Virus record (IMG/VR): IMGVR_UViG_3300020473_000010
Span: 1-64,000 of that record
Reading direction: 5' to 3' (one strand)
DNA: 64,000 bases
The position numbers were made by a program, and so were the translations under genes. The notes beneath the pieces are model-generated. The model was not told the origin of the DNA, made no database searches, and saw nothing but the letters and a program-made list of their open reading frames with translations. Below are positions 29,356-38,682 of this stretch, in pieces (the first letter of the stretch is position 1; every line of letters starts with the position of its first letter).

Positions 29356-30102
29356 TTAGTTGGCAGAGACTTTGGCGACCTGACGGAAACCACGCTTACC
29401 AAGAGTGAGGAAGAAGATGTGACCACAGCCACCGAAGCGGTTCTTTTGAACCTCAAGCACTCGGCAACCGATAAGGTCTTGCTCTTTCTTCTCAACAGAG
29501 AGGTGCATGTGCGCATCAACCATATGCTTAAGCTTGTTAGAACCAGCCATCTTACCTTGCTTGTTAACCTGGTTGATGACAATACCGATTGCGGCATGCT
29601 CTTTGCAGAAGTCAGTGATTTGCTCAAGGCATCGAATGGCGGTACCAGAGGTCTTTACACCTGAAGAGTACTTACCATCATCAAGGCACTGAAGAGAGTC
29701 GACAATCAAGACAAACTGCTTACCAGGATTAGCTTCAATAAGTGCCTTGCTTTTCTCGAGCAGTTTACCTACATCATCAGTGTTGCCGCAAAGGAAACCA
29801 TTCTTAAGCTTCAGGCGCTTGGCAGTCATAGAGGTTTGAAAGAGAGACTCCTCAGCTGTATTGAAGAGAGCCACACCACCTTCTTTTGTAATGCTGTCAG
29901 CAATCTTAAGCATCATAGTGGTCTTACCAGCGCCGGGTTCGCCAGTGAAGAGAGTGACTGCAGAGGGAGTGAAACCTTCACCACCGATTGCACCGTCGAC
30001 ATAGGACAGGCCGGTCTTGAACTTCCGGGTGAGGATGTCTGGGACAGAGATGTCAAGAATGTTGGTGCCGAATTCGATGTCAGTGATATTTTTGAGGTTC
30101 AT
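29356..30102 (-). CDS. RadA/Sms-like RecA-family ATPase (ATPase domain only)
   Basis: GEPGAGKTT Walker A, TAEES, LIVDSLQ Walker B, LKHMVDA, KNRFG; no zinc finger or Lon-like domain. Confidence 0.85.
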   Translation of the reverse strand: MNLKNITDIEFGTNILDISVPDILTRKFKTGLSYVDGAIGGEGFTPSAVTLFTGEPGAGKTTMMLKIADSITKEGGVALFNTAEESLFQTSMTAKRLKLKNGFLCGNTDDVGKLLEKSKALIEANPGKQFVLIVDSLQCLDDGKYSSGVKTSGTAIRCLEQITDFCKEHAAIGIVINQVNKQGKMAGSNKLKHMVDAHMHLSVEKKEQDLIGCRVLEVQKNRFGGCGHIFFLTLGKRGFRQVAKVSAN

Positions 30103-30154
30103 GGAGTTTCCTTTTTTAAGGGTGGTTGTTGTAAACGTTGTTGATTATGTATAT

Positions 30155-30183
30155 AATTTAATTAGTTCTGGAGGTTTCTACAC
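30155..30183 (-). promoter_or_regulatory. Phage promoter
   Basis: GTGTAG-17-TAAATT. Confidence 0.6.
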
Positions 30184-30194
30184 GGATTTTTAGT

Positions 30195-30392
30195 TTATGA
30201 TGCAAACTTTTTTAGCTGCAGCTTGCTGGCTTTGCGGCATGCTTTGTTGTATGCCTTGCGCGCGAAGCGGGCAGAGCCACCACATGAGGTTTCCCCGTTG
30301 CGGCCGTAGCGAGACCAGCGGCGTTCGTCCTTTGCGTACTTAACTTCGGTGTTAAGGTTGGCAAGGGTGCGGCGGTGGTTAAGGTTGTTCAT
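30195..30392 (-). CDS. Small basic protein
   Basis: Arg/Lys-rich; RBS GGAG; own promoter. Confidence 0.6.
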   Translation of the reverse strand: MNNLNHRRTLANLNTEVKYAKDERRWSRYGRNGETSCGGSARFARKAYNKACRKASKLQLKKFAS

Positions 30393-30424
30393 AAAAGTAC
30401 TCCGTTGTTTTTTCTTACATATAT

Positions 30425-30453
30425 AATGTAACCCACCTAGATGAACTCTACAC
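30425..30453 (-). promoter_or_regulatory. Phage promoter
   Basis: GTGTAG-17-TACATT. Confidence 0.55.
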
Positions 30454-30629
30454 AGTTATTTAGATTTAAATTGTTTATTTTTTCACTCCGACCCCTACGA
30501 ATTCTTATCCCCTGCCGCGATTCATTCCTATGGCCACACAGAAGACCCGGACTTGCCAAACCTGACTGCTTTTGTAGGGCCCTGGAAACTTTTGACACAA
30601 AATGAAACATGAATTGTTTCACAAAGCGA

Positions 30630-30649
30630 TGAAACATTTGAAACATTCA
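30630..30649. repeat. 20-nt direct repeat copy 2, TGAAACATTTGAAACATTCA
   Basis: Exact copy of 28926-28945; next to inverted repeat TGAAACA..TGTTTCA at 30603-30621. Confidence 0.85.
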
Positions 30650-30891
30650 GTGTTACTTTACATCTTTTTTACAAAATAAATTGTACATTGGCCAGATCCC
30701 GGGCCAAACCTACTCTCTCCTCCCTTCCTCTCATTCTCATTCCGTACCATTCCGTACAATGAATAGTGCACCAGAGGGTACAAGGCTCTCCATGTCATTT
30801 CAGGCATGGTTGTTTGGACATTTAGCCATAGACAGAATCCCATAAGAATGAATGGTCTAATAATGGACGATTGGATGGGATTATTTGTGGG

Positions 30892-31257
30892 CTACATTTT
30901 ATAATAAAGCCAGCTGTAACGTTTTCTTTCTACCAAATAGTCTTCTATATGTTCTTTACAATAGGCTTCTTGTTCAAAAGGAATCAAAAGGTAAGCAATC
31001 CTAGCATCTCTATATATGAATAAACCTTTCAGCCAATAGAGAAGATAAAGGATAGGGAAACCTATAATAAAACAATCTAGATACTGTTGCCAGTGTATAG
31101 TCTCATGTCTCTTTATTTCTTTACTAAGAGGTCCGCTGGAGATTACTAGAGGTCCTAAGGTTATTGCGTTTATATTGATTGGTGCTATCTTGCTTAATAG
31201 CTTTGTTATTGTTGGTGACTCTATGAAGAATGGAGTTGTTTGTTTTAGATATTTCAT
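30892..31257 (-). CDS. HExxH-motif phage protein
   Basis: RHETIHWQQ...PFEQEAY. Confidence 0.65.
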   Translation of the reverse strand: MKYLKQTTPFFIESPTITKLLSKIAPININAITLGPLVISSGPLSKEIKRHETIHWQQYLDCFIIGFPILYLLYWLKGLFIYRDARIAYLLIPFEQEAYCKEHIEDYLVERKRYSWLYYKM

Positions 31258-31508
31258 TTTTTATTACCTGCCGGGCTTTTTATGTTGGTGGGGAAGTATC
31301 GTTCTCTCCATTCTCTTAGTTCCGGCCATCTTTCAAGTCCAACTTCAGAAGCCGAGTTAATTCCAATACTTCGTAATGCTTCAGCCAAGGTGAGGCCGAT
31401 TGTGAGGTTGGCATAAAAACTTACAGCATCTGCTTTTGATAATTCCAATATAGGTTGTAGTTCTTTTACTGCTAAGATTGCTGTGATATCTATAATGTTA
31501 GAAGTCAT
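31254..31508 (-). CDS. Hypothetical protein
   Basis: ATGA overlap with downstream gene. Confidence 0.45.
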   Translation of the reverse strand: MTSNIIDITAILAVKELQPILELSKADAVSFYANLTIGLTLAEALRSIGINSASEVGLERWPELREWRERYFPTNIKSPAGNKK

Positions 31509-31679
31509 TTACTTGCCGGGCTTTATTTTATGAAGAGCAAGGCAGGAGTGGGGACTTATCAAGTCAACACGGATGCATGCTCTCTTATAAATACCATGGT
31601 TATTTCTTTTCCATGGAAAAAATGAGGCTGTCGAACGACGGATGTCGTATATTAAAGGGAAAAGAGGCGCGCGGCGTTT

Positions 31680-31916
31680 TTATTCTTCTTCTCGAGACTT
31701 GGCTGACCACTTAGATTTTGGTAGTTGTTTTTCTATTTTAAACTTGAGAATGGACTTTCCGTTTATTGTTGGATGTCCATATTTGTCTTTGCCGATTTTC
31801 TTTACGATGGTTCTTTTATTCTTAAATCTGCCGGTCAAAATCACATCTCCGACTTTCACGTCGAGAGGAATCGATTCCAAAAGTATCTGCCTTATGTATT
31901 GTCGTAAGTGTTTCAT
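31680..31916 (-). CDS. Leader-bearing small basic protein
   Basis: MKHLRQYIRQILLE + VKVGDVILTGRFKN (KOW-like cargo). Confidence 0.7.
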   Translation of the reverse strand: MKHLRQYIRQILLESIPLDVKVGDVILTGRFKNKRTIVKKIGKDKYGHPTINGKSILKFKIEKQLPKSKWSAKSREEE

Positions 31917-32614
31917 AATCTAAAACTCGCTTTATAAAGATTGTATTCTTTTCCTGTAGAATCATATATCTCATCGAAGACTTTAACCATATCGTCGTAG
32001 TTTTCATCCGGAACAATAACACCGATAGCTTCCCAGTTATCGACCAATGCTTCGTTACCTAAGAAGTCGTCAGGATCCCAATCTTCTCTACTAAGGACTA
32101 TACTCTCATCATCGACAACACCAATACCTTTATTTGCTCCGGAGCTTTTCACTCTTTCCGGATCAGCTTTTTTATAGAATTCTGAATATCCGGTTTGCAG
32201 GGCATCCATATCATTTGCTAGCAATGTTATGTAACCGTTAATTATGAGACCATATTTTCCAAACGCACTAGTTCCAGGCATTTCGCCTGGAAGATAAGCT
32301 GCAGCACTTAATTCATCTCGGGCTGATGGAGACTTAAGCATTTTAATTATTTTAGATAAATCTTTTGACCAATGCACTAACTCTAGAGTATCAATGAATT
32401 TTCTATCTGCATGTTTTGCAAAAGCTTTCTTCATTATTCGACCCATCGCCGCTCGATCTTTATAACCCTGTAATACTTTTTCATCTGGATCAGAGTCTTC
32501 ATCACTGATATCTCGAAATGTGTCATCATAATTCGGGTTGTTTAATAGATCTAGAACGAAAGATTCTCTGTCTTCTAGGAGTATTTGTCTTATATATTGT
32601 CGCAATCGTTTCAT
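31913..32614 (-). CDS. Leader-bearing protein, paralog family KHAD...VHW...ELS...NEALVDNW
   Basis: MKRLRQYIRQILLE; aligns by eye with 33849, 39199, 44413. Confidence 0.7.
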   Translation of the reverse strand: MKRLRQYIRQILLEDRESFVLDLLNNPNYDDTFRDISDEDSDPDEKVLQGYKDRAAMGRIMKKAFAKHADRKFIDTLELVHWSKDLSKIIKMLKSPSARDELSAAAYLPGEMPGTSAFGKYGLIINGYITLLANDMDALQTGYSEFYKKADPERVKSSGANKGIGVVDDESIVLSREDWDPDDFLGNEALVDNWEAIGVIVPDENYDDMVKVFDEIYDSTGKEYNLYKASFRL

Positions 32615-33201
32615 AACATTACCAGTTTGCCATCAACTTTGAGAGAATTTATGGTTGTGGGTTCTTTTGTATATCTTTTGCTTAGCGGGGAGTCCATCCA
32701 CCCACGTGGACCTTCATGATCCATAGGAGTTGATTGGTCGCAATTGTCTTCTTCTTCCGGGGTAAAATAATTATCAAAATCATCCAATTGCGATGATTTG
32801 ACATCGCTTCTGCGCTCCATATAATATCTCCAAACATACTCGGCTTCTTCAGAGACCGATTCTCTATCCGCAATTAAGCCATTCGCTATCTGTGTTGCAA
32901 ATTCAATTGCAATATCATAAAGCAGAGGTCCCCAACCATGGCCGGCGTTCGCCATTCCAACCTTCATTGCGCCGCCGCAAGGACCATAATCAGTATCCCT
33001 CCCGATTGTTATTCTTCCCATGGGAGCGCCTGAGGGCAACGTTACAATTTGATTGGGATTATCTTTGTATCCATAATATATCATATAATATGCTTCGTTT
33101 GTCTGTTTAATAACAACTACAAACTGATCCGGAAGATCATCTGTTGTCATCATTCCTTCTGTGAGGAGGACTTGTCTTATATATTGTCGTAGTTGTTTCA
33201 T
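32611..33201 (-). CDS. Leader-bearing GNAT-like protein
   Basis: MKQLRQYIRQVLLTE; GHGWGPLLY...DRESVSEEA.YVW. Confidence 0.55.
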   Translation of the reverse strand: MKQLRQYIRQVLLTEGMMTTDDLPDQFVVVIKQTNEAYYMIYYGYKDNPNQIVTLPSGAPMGRITIGRDTDYGPCGGAMKVGMANAGHGWGPLLYDIAIEFATQIANGLIADRESVSEEAEYVWRYYMERRSDVKSSQLDDFDNYFTPEEEDNCDQSTPMDHEGPRGWMDSPLSKRYTKEPTTINSLKVDGKLVML

Positions 33202-33213
33202 CAAGAATTCTCT

Positions 33214-33852
33214 TTAATATATGTATTCCGGTATTTTATTAAATGATAAACCTTGAGCCGTTCCTAATATCAATACTTCTGCCATACATTCATCTTCATC
33301 ACCGCCAACAATGTCAGATCCGCTCCAGTCTGGAAGTTCTTCAGCTAAATCTGGAACGTGAAAACCGTAATCTTCAAGCTCATCAAAAAGCAAATCAGGA
33401 ACGCCAATCTCTTCAAACTGTTCTTCTGTAAGATCACCCAGCATTCTAACGTCGTTGCCAAGCATGTATTTAACTATCTTTATAATATGTTGACGTGGAT
33501 AACATCGATCGTCATCCATCAGATCCCGGAAGAAGCCATATCCCTTATCAAAGAATTCTGACTTCTGGCCGAATTCATAAACCATTTCGTCTGCTAGCTC
33601 ATAGTCTCCCAGATATTCTCCAAGCTTCTCAAAGTAAAAACTCATTAAACCTTGCTTATCGACAAAACCTAGATCCGGACCATTCCATAATACGAGGATT
33701 CTAGAATAATTTGTGTGAGCCCATTCTAACATTTCCCCAATATCAAAAGGAGTATTACTTTCGTAAGCAGGTTGAATGTCAACAATGACCAGAGTATCTG
33801 AGCTAACGCCTTCTTTTAGTACTTGTCTTATGTATTGCTTTAATTGATTCAT
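33214..33852 (-). CDS. Leader-bearing isochorismatase/cysteine-hydrolase-like protein
   Basis: MNQLKQYIRQVLKE; LVIVDIQ, DKGYG, GGDEDEC (D-K-C triad spacing). Confidence 0.6.
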   Translation of the reverse strand: MNQLKQYIRQVLKEGVSSDTLVIVDIQPAYESNTPFDIGEMLEWAHTNYSRILVLWNGPDLGFVDKQGLMSFYFEKLGEYLGDYELADEMVYEFGQKSEFFDKGYGFFRDLMDDDRCYPRQHIIKIVKYMLGNDVRMLGDLTEEQFEEIGVPDLLFDELEDYGFHVPDLAEELPDWSGSDIVGGDEDECMAEVLILGTAQGLSFNKIPEYIY

Positions 33853-34979
33853 GGCCATTCTCCATTCGGAGGTGCTTTTAATAATAGATTTCCGTTTATA
33901 TCATATAAAGGAATATTCCAGTATTCTTGCGCTATAAATAACCGCTTCCATCTTAGCCCTAAGTGTTTCCCAGGCCGTTCTAGTTTTCCAACATTTTCTT
34001 TCACCCATTCATCTGTTATTATTAATCCGATAGGTTTCCAATTATCGACCAAGGCTTCATTAGTGGTTCGATTTGTTGGGTTAAAAGTTTTTGCATCTAG
34101 AATATAAGGAAATCTTTCTAAAAACCTTGGAGAATATTGGGATCGTTCCAATGCAAAATCAAAATTATACGGTGCTTTTCGTGGTACTTTGTTTATTCCA
34201 GAACTTCGTTTTCTTTGTTTTGCCTTTTCTAATTCTTCTTCTGAAAAATATTTTTCTTCACTACGGTATAAAGGAAAATAATCACCTCTATGGCCCGAGT
34301 GGATATGGTCCATATTATTTGCAGCATAAGTAATTTTCCCTTTTATCCAGAGTCCATAGCTTACACGTCGCGGTTTACTAAATGGATGACCTGGCGCCGA
34401 TATAGTTGCTGATAATTCATCTTTGTTTGTTACTGCCATTAAATATTTTAAATCATATTCATCACCTGTCCAATGGACTGTATTAAGCTTTTTTAAAAAT
34501 TCATGATCAGCATGTTTTGCGAACAATTGTTTAAGTTTTCTTCCGATCCACATTTCAGATTTAGGAAGAATTTCATCTTGTTTTGTAACTGGCAGTGTTC
34601 CTAATCTTTGGAGTTTAGCACCATCTTCAACAAAAGAATATGCATCCTCTAAAAGTATTTTCTTTATATATTTCCGCAATTTTTGTTCATTTGTTTGACT
34701 ATATTTTTCAGCCCACATTCTATCATTTTCTTCTTCTCGTCTGCGAAGTTCAGCTCTCCACTTTTCTATAGACCAGCCCGTAGGTTCTAAAAGTATATTG
34801 TAGTGTTGTCCCCATCCTCCATCCGGAAACAATCTTTCCCCTTCCTCGTCAACAAATTTGTTTACTGCATCTAAAGTCCATGGCAAGTCTTGGGATGGAA
34901 TGCTCATGCTTTTGGCCAACTCTATTGCTTGGATTATTCCTTCATAACCAGAGTTCATTAGTGATTTGAGGTTTTTCAT
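33849..34979 (-). CDS. Two-module protein: QDLPW module + internal leader + NEALVDNW family domain
   Basis: Internal QKLRKYIKKILLE. Confidence 0.65.
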   Translation of the reverse strand: MKNLKSLMNSGYEGIIQAIELAKSMSIPSQDLPWTLDAVNKFVDEEGERLFPDGGWGQHYNILLEPTGWSIEKWRAELRRREEENDRMWAEKYSQTNEQKLRKYIKKILLEDAYSFVEDGAKLQRLGTLPVTKQDEILPKSEMWIGRKLKQLFAKHADHEFLKKLNTVHWTGDEYDLKYLMAVTNKDELSATISAPGHPFSKPRRVSYGLWIKGKITYAANNMDHIHSGHRGDYFPLYRSEEKYFSEEELEKAKQRKRSSGINKVPRKAPYNFDFALERSQYSPRFLERFPYILDAKTFNPTNRTTNEALVDNWKPIGLIITDEWVKENVGKLERPGKHLGLRWKRLFIAQEYWNIPLYDINGNLLLKAPPNGEWP

Positions 34980-34981
34980 AG

Positions 34982-35437
34982 TTACACCAATATATTATTA
35001 AAAACTAAATCGCCAATAAATGTAGCCACAAACTCGTCAATATCTAAATATATTTGAACGCCACTGTACAGCATAATGCCATCGTCCTGAAGTTTGATGC
35101 CTTCATCATCAACCCAAACGGTCGCATAGCTTTCGTCACTAGATAAATCACCCCAGCTAAAAAAGAATTCTATTCTAGGTGTTTCTTCATATAGTTCCAT
35201 ATTGAAGTTTCCATCGGATCCGGTTGTTCGATTCATTATCGGTTGTATGCTTTTCTCGATTTTTTTTAATACTTCTAATTCTAAGTTTATATCTAACCCT
35301 AAAGACAGTGCAAGTTCTTTTGCATGCAGGAAATTATCATGGTGTCCGGCAGTTGCCATAGATTTAATCTTGGAAACATGATCTCCTGGAGTAGATTCTA
35401 AAACTAGTTTTCTTATATATCGCCGCAAGTGTTTCAT
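34982..35437 (-). CDS. Leader-bearing hypothetical protein
   Basis: MKHLRRYIRKLVLE. Confidence 0.65.
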   Translation of the reverse strand: MKHLRRYIRKLVLESTPGDHVSKIKSMATAGHHDNFLHAKELALSLGLDINLELEVLKKIEKSIQPIMNRTTGSDGNFNMELYEETPRIEFFFSWGDLSSDESYATVWVDDEGIKLQDDGIMLYSGVQIYLDIDEFVATFIGDLVFNNILV

Positions 35438-36219
35438 TACCAATTACCATCCTGTAATCTATCATAAGGGTCTATATTTACATATACTTCGAAGCTTTCT
35501 TCGTCAATACCGGTGATCTCTATATTTGATTTTTCCCAATTAAGAATTTGTTCAGCTTCATCGAAATCATCCTGATCCGGTGGAGTTATAGATGCATCAG
35601 CACCATGATTCATTTGGCCATCCTCGGGATCAATGGCCTGGAATCCGCCTTCAAGTCCAGCGAATGCTTGGTATTTTGGATCCATTGCTTGATCGTAGTT
35701 AAGTCCTTGTATGGCAACATCGCCGTGATATTCTGGGTTAGTACTTATGATGTTCCAAATTTTTAAGTCTGGATGTCTACTTACTTCCGGTCCTAACATG
35801 TACGCCAATTCACTTGCTTGTTCCCATTCGTCAGCATCAACAAGTTGCATTATCTTAGCAACTTCTTCTTTTGATTCTTTAATCAGTTGGCCTATGTATT
35901 GCCGCAAGTGTTCATCTAACCAACCACTTTTGGCCAATTGGTACTCAATCGACTTGGCTGCATCAGCTCTGTCGAATGCATGTTTGTATTCTTTCCAAGT
36001 CCAGCCTGTGGGTTCTAGAATCTGCTCGACTTCTTCGTCCCAGGACATCCCAGAAGATCTGCGACCGAAGACTGTCATATGATGGTAATCAACATACATG
36101 AGCACTAATTCTGCGGTCCATGGCAAGTCTTGGGTTGGGATACCCATATCTTCAGCTAATGTAATTGCCTGAATCATTCCTTTATATCCAGAATCCATTA
36201 ATGCTTCAAGTTGTTTCAT
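35437..36219 (-). CDS. Two-module protein: QDLPW module + internal leader + acidic domain
   Basis: N-terminal module paralogous to 33849; internal HLRQYIGQLIKE. Confidence 0.65.
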   Translation of the reverse strand: MKQLEALMDSGYKGMIQAITLAEDMGIPTQDLPWTAELVLMYVDYHHMTVFGRRSSGMSWDEEVEQILEPTGWTWKEYKHAFDRADAAKSIEYQLAKSGWLDEHLRQYIGQLIKESKEEVAKIMQLVDADEWEQASELAYMLGPEVSRHPDLKIWNIISTNPEYHGDVAIQGLNYDQAMDPKYQAFAGLEGGFQAIDPEDGQMNHGADASITPPDQDDFDEAEQILNWEKSNIEITGIDEESFEVYVNIDPYDRLQDGNW

Positions 36220-36755
36220 AAATCTCCTCCTACCCAGTCGATCCATTCCTGTTGTTTTTCTTCTGACAGGTCTTTAAACCAGTTGTTTGTAAAGTCCTTG
36301 TATGCATCTGATCTAAATTTTACCATCACCTTTGCTGATTCTTTTGGGTTGGGCATCCAATTTTCCCAGCCAGCCATATGAAAGATTTGCCACCCAGATA
36401 ATTCTTCAAGGACATAATCCAAGAGTTCGTGTTGTTTTAAGCCCGGGTGTGGGTTTACGCCTGTGTCGTCTTCTGCCTGCATTAACTTCTTTATATCGTC
36501 TCTAAGAGTAGTAAAGATGTCACCCAAAACACTGGCTGTTTCTTTATCTGGGTGATATTGTATTAGCTCGATTCCTTGGTTGGCACTTTGAAGGAATGTA
36601 AGGATAATCTTTTCTGCAAGCTCAAAGTTTTCTAAAGCTTCTTCGTCTTCTGGGTTCTGTGGTCCGTCTTGGATTTGAGGGCTTCCAGGTTCCCCAGGTG
36701 GAAGAACCACTTCTTCGGCCAAAAGTTTTCTTATGTATCTGCGCAAGTGTTTCAT
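36216..36755 (-). CDS. Leader-bearing hypothetical protein
   Basis: MKHLRRYIRKLLAEE. Confidence 0.65.
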   Translation of the reverse strand: MKHLRRYIRKLLAEEVVLPPGEPGSPQIQDGPQNPEDEEALENFELAEKIILTFLQSANQGIELIQYHPDKETASVLGDIFTTLRDDIKKLMQAEDDTGVNPHPGLKQHELLDYVLEELSGWQIFHMAGWENWMPNPKESAKVMVKFRSDAYKDFTNNWFKDLSEEKQQEWIDWVGGDL

Positions 36756-37153
36756 TATATAACTATCGCTACCTTTTCTGATAAAAATTCAGCAACTCCA
36801 TGGAGTTCGTCAAATAGCCGGTCGTATCCTCCACCTTCAACATTCCAACCACCAAAATAACTTTTTGTTATAGTGTATGTATCACCAGATCGAAGATCTG
36901 TTCTTTTAACTTTAATAGGTGCATCTGTCGACATGCCTATTTCATAAACATTACCTTCAATATCGATAAGCTTATCCCGCCCTTCAGATGACCAAAACGG
37001 CCTTTCTTGTTTTGCAAAACGGCGTTGCCAAGCTTTCTGGGTTTTCCTTGCTGGCAACGATCCAGGCCAGCCATTTCCACCCCAGCCATAAGTTGGCGTA
37101 GCTTGTTTCATTTCTTTTAAAACTTTTCTTATGTATCGTCTTAAATCTTTCAT
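36755..37153 (-). CDS. Leader-bearing hypothetical protein
   Basis: MKDLRRYIRKVLKE. Confidence 0.65.
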   Translation of the reverse strand: MKDLRRYIRKVLKEMKQATPTYGWGGNGWPGSLPARKTQKAWQRRFAKQERPFWSSEGRDKLIDIEGNVYEIGMSTDAPIKVKRTDLRSGDTYTITKSYFGGWNVEGGGYDRLFDELHGVAEFLSEKVAIVI

Positions 37154-37154
37154 A

Positions 37155-37946
37155 TCATAATCCTATAAAAATAACCATACCAGAAGAATTATAATCTCTT
37201 CCTAATGATTTCCAAACACGTTGCGCATCTTCAGAGGTGCCACCGCTGAAAGGGCTAGAACCACCACCCATTGTGCATGCATGGGCGCCAACAAAGACTC
37301 CGCCATATCTTTTTGAATATTCCACAGCTTGATCAATAAAAGCCTTATAAATCTCTTTGCCGTAACCTTTCCCTCTATTTTCAGGATTTGAAATCCAAGC
37401 ATTATTTACTTCATAGAATCTAGGCCTGAACTTTGCTGGTCTTTCTTTCATGCTATATCCATGGGGAGAATCCGGATCTTCAATCATATCTTTTGTTGTA
37501 TTGTTTGCTTCAAATTTTTCCTTGGCTGCAATATATTCTGGTGTTTGTTTTAAAATATCGACATCTGATTGACATTCTTTAAACCTTAGTTGTTCTCCAC
37601 CTTCTGCATATCCAATTCCGGATAACTCTACTCGAAAGTAATCTGGGCCTCCTTTGTGTATAAAATTTGATCTTTCCAAAAGATGTATTTTTGATTCTAT
37701 TTTTATACCATTTGCAAAATCATGATTTAATCCCCATAAGAAATTCTTCATTTCTTTATGTGAAACATTTCCTATAGCATCTTGGACGGCATCTACGACG
37801 GTATTGAGTTTTGGGTGTCTTAATTTTCTGGGGTTAACTTTCTCATTACCCCATTGGTTTGTATCGATATAATGACCAACCTTATCAAGGAATCCCATCT
37901 CTTTTTCTAACAAAATTTGTCTTATGTATTGACGTAAATACTTCAT
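37155..37946 (-). CDS. Leader-bearing GNAT acetyltransferase-like protein
   Basis: MKYLRQYIRQILLE; acetyl-CoA motif A PENRGKGYGKEIY; SEDAQRVW. Confidence 0.65.
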   Translation of the reverse strand: MKYLRQYIRQILLEKEMGFLDKVGHYIDTNQWGNEKVNPRKLRHPKLNTVVDAVQDAIGNVSHKEMKNFLWGLNHDFANGIKIESKIHLLERSNFIHKGGPDYFRVELSGIGYAEGGEQLRFKECQSDVDILKQTPEYIAAKEKFEANNTTKDMIEDPDSPHGYSMKERPAKFRPRFYEVNNAWISNPENRGKGYGKEIYKAFIDQAVEYSKRYGGVFVGAHACTMGGGSSPFSGGTSEDAQRVWKSLGRDYNSSGMVIFIGL

Positions 37947-38060
37947 TTTTTCACCAGGATTTGCAAGACCAATAACGGGCTTTATCTTTGGGCCCAGGAT
38001 TATCACAATTGTGACGAGCTCTGAAAGATTTTCTTGCTTTAGGGTTTGATTTTCTTATTT

Positions 38061-38459
38061 TCATATTTGGGTCACCAAATTGAACTTTTTTGCTTTGTTT
38101 TGTCCTTTGCATGATCCGGATTTATATTTACCATCGCCAGAAACATATACTTTTGATTTTTTGTTTTTGTTCTCAGGGTTAGACATTTTTTTATTTAATG
38201 TTACTTTTCTACCATCATAGCATGCTTCAAGGATTCGGCTTATTAATATCCGTAATTTAGATTCATTTAATTCGTCAACCTTCTCTTCTGATTCGTCTAA
38301 TTCTGATATTTTCTCACAATTGTTTACTCTTTTTCCTGTTTTTGAAGAGATTTTAGTTTTCTTGCCCGACTTGGCTCCTGGGGAATAACCATCCCAACAT
38401 TTTTTTTCGTTGAGAGATTCGCGAATGATTTGTTTGAGTTGTCTTTTTGTAATTTTCAT
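38061..38459 (-). CDS. Leader-bearing basic protein
   Basis: MKITKRQLKQIIRE; KCWDGY...NNCEK; internal LRILISRILE. Confidence 0.65.
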   Translation of the reverse strand: MKITKRQLKQIIRESLNEKKCWDGYSPGAKSGKKTKISSKTGKRVNNCEKISELDESEEKVDELNESKLRILISRILEACYDGRKVTLNKKMSNPENKNKKSKVYVSGDGKYKSGSCKGQNKAKKFNLVTQI

Positions 38460-38682
38460 TGGATACACCTGAGGGTTTTTTTATTATTAATAATTATTTC
38501 TTCTTTTTTAAGTTCCCTATTTATTATTTTATATTTTCTATTTCCGATTTGTTCTTTTTGTTTCAGTATTAACAAATCGTTTCTTTGTTTTTTTATTAAG
38601 GTGCTTTTATTATATAAATTTTCGCAATGTTGATGATTAAAATTAACACAAGATGAAAAACAAACAATGATAAATAACGTTA

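Noticed and set aside
29274-29627. Alternative-frame ORF overlapping the RadA-like gene (also 28738-29238 and 29836-30144)
   Set aside because: Shadow frames of a GC-richer coding region; no recognisable motifs
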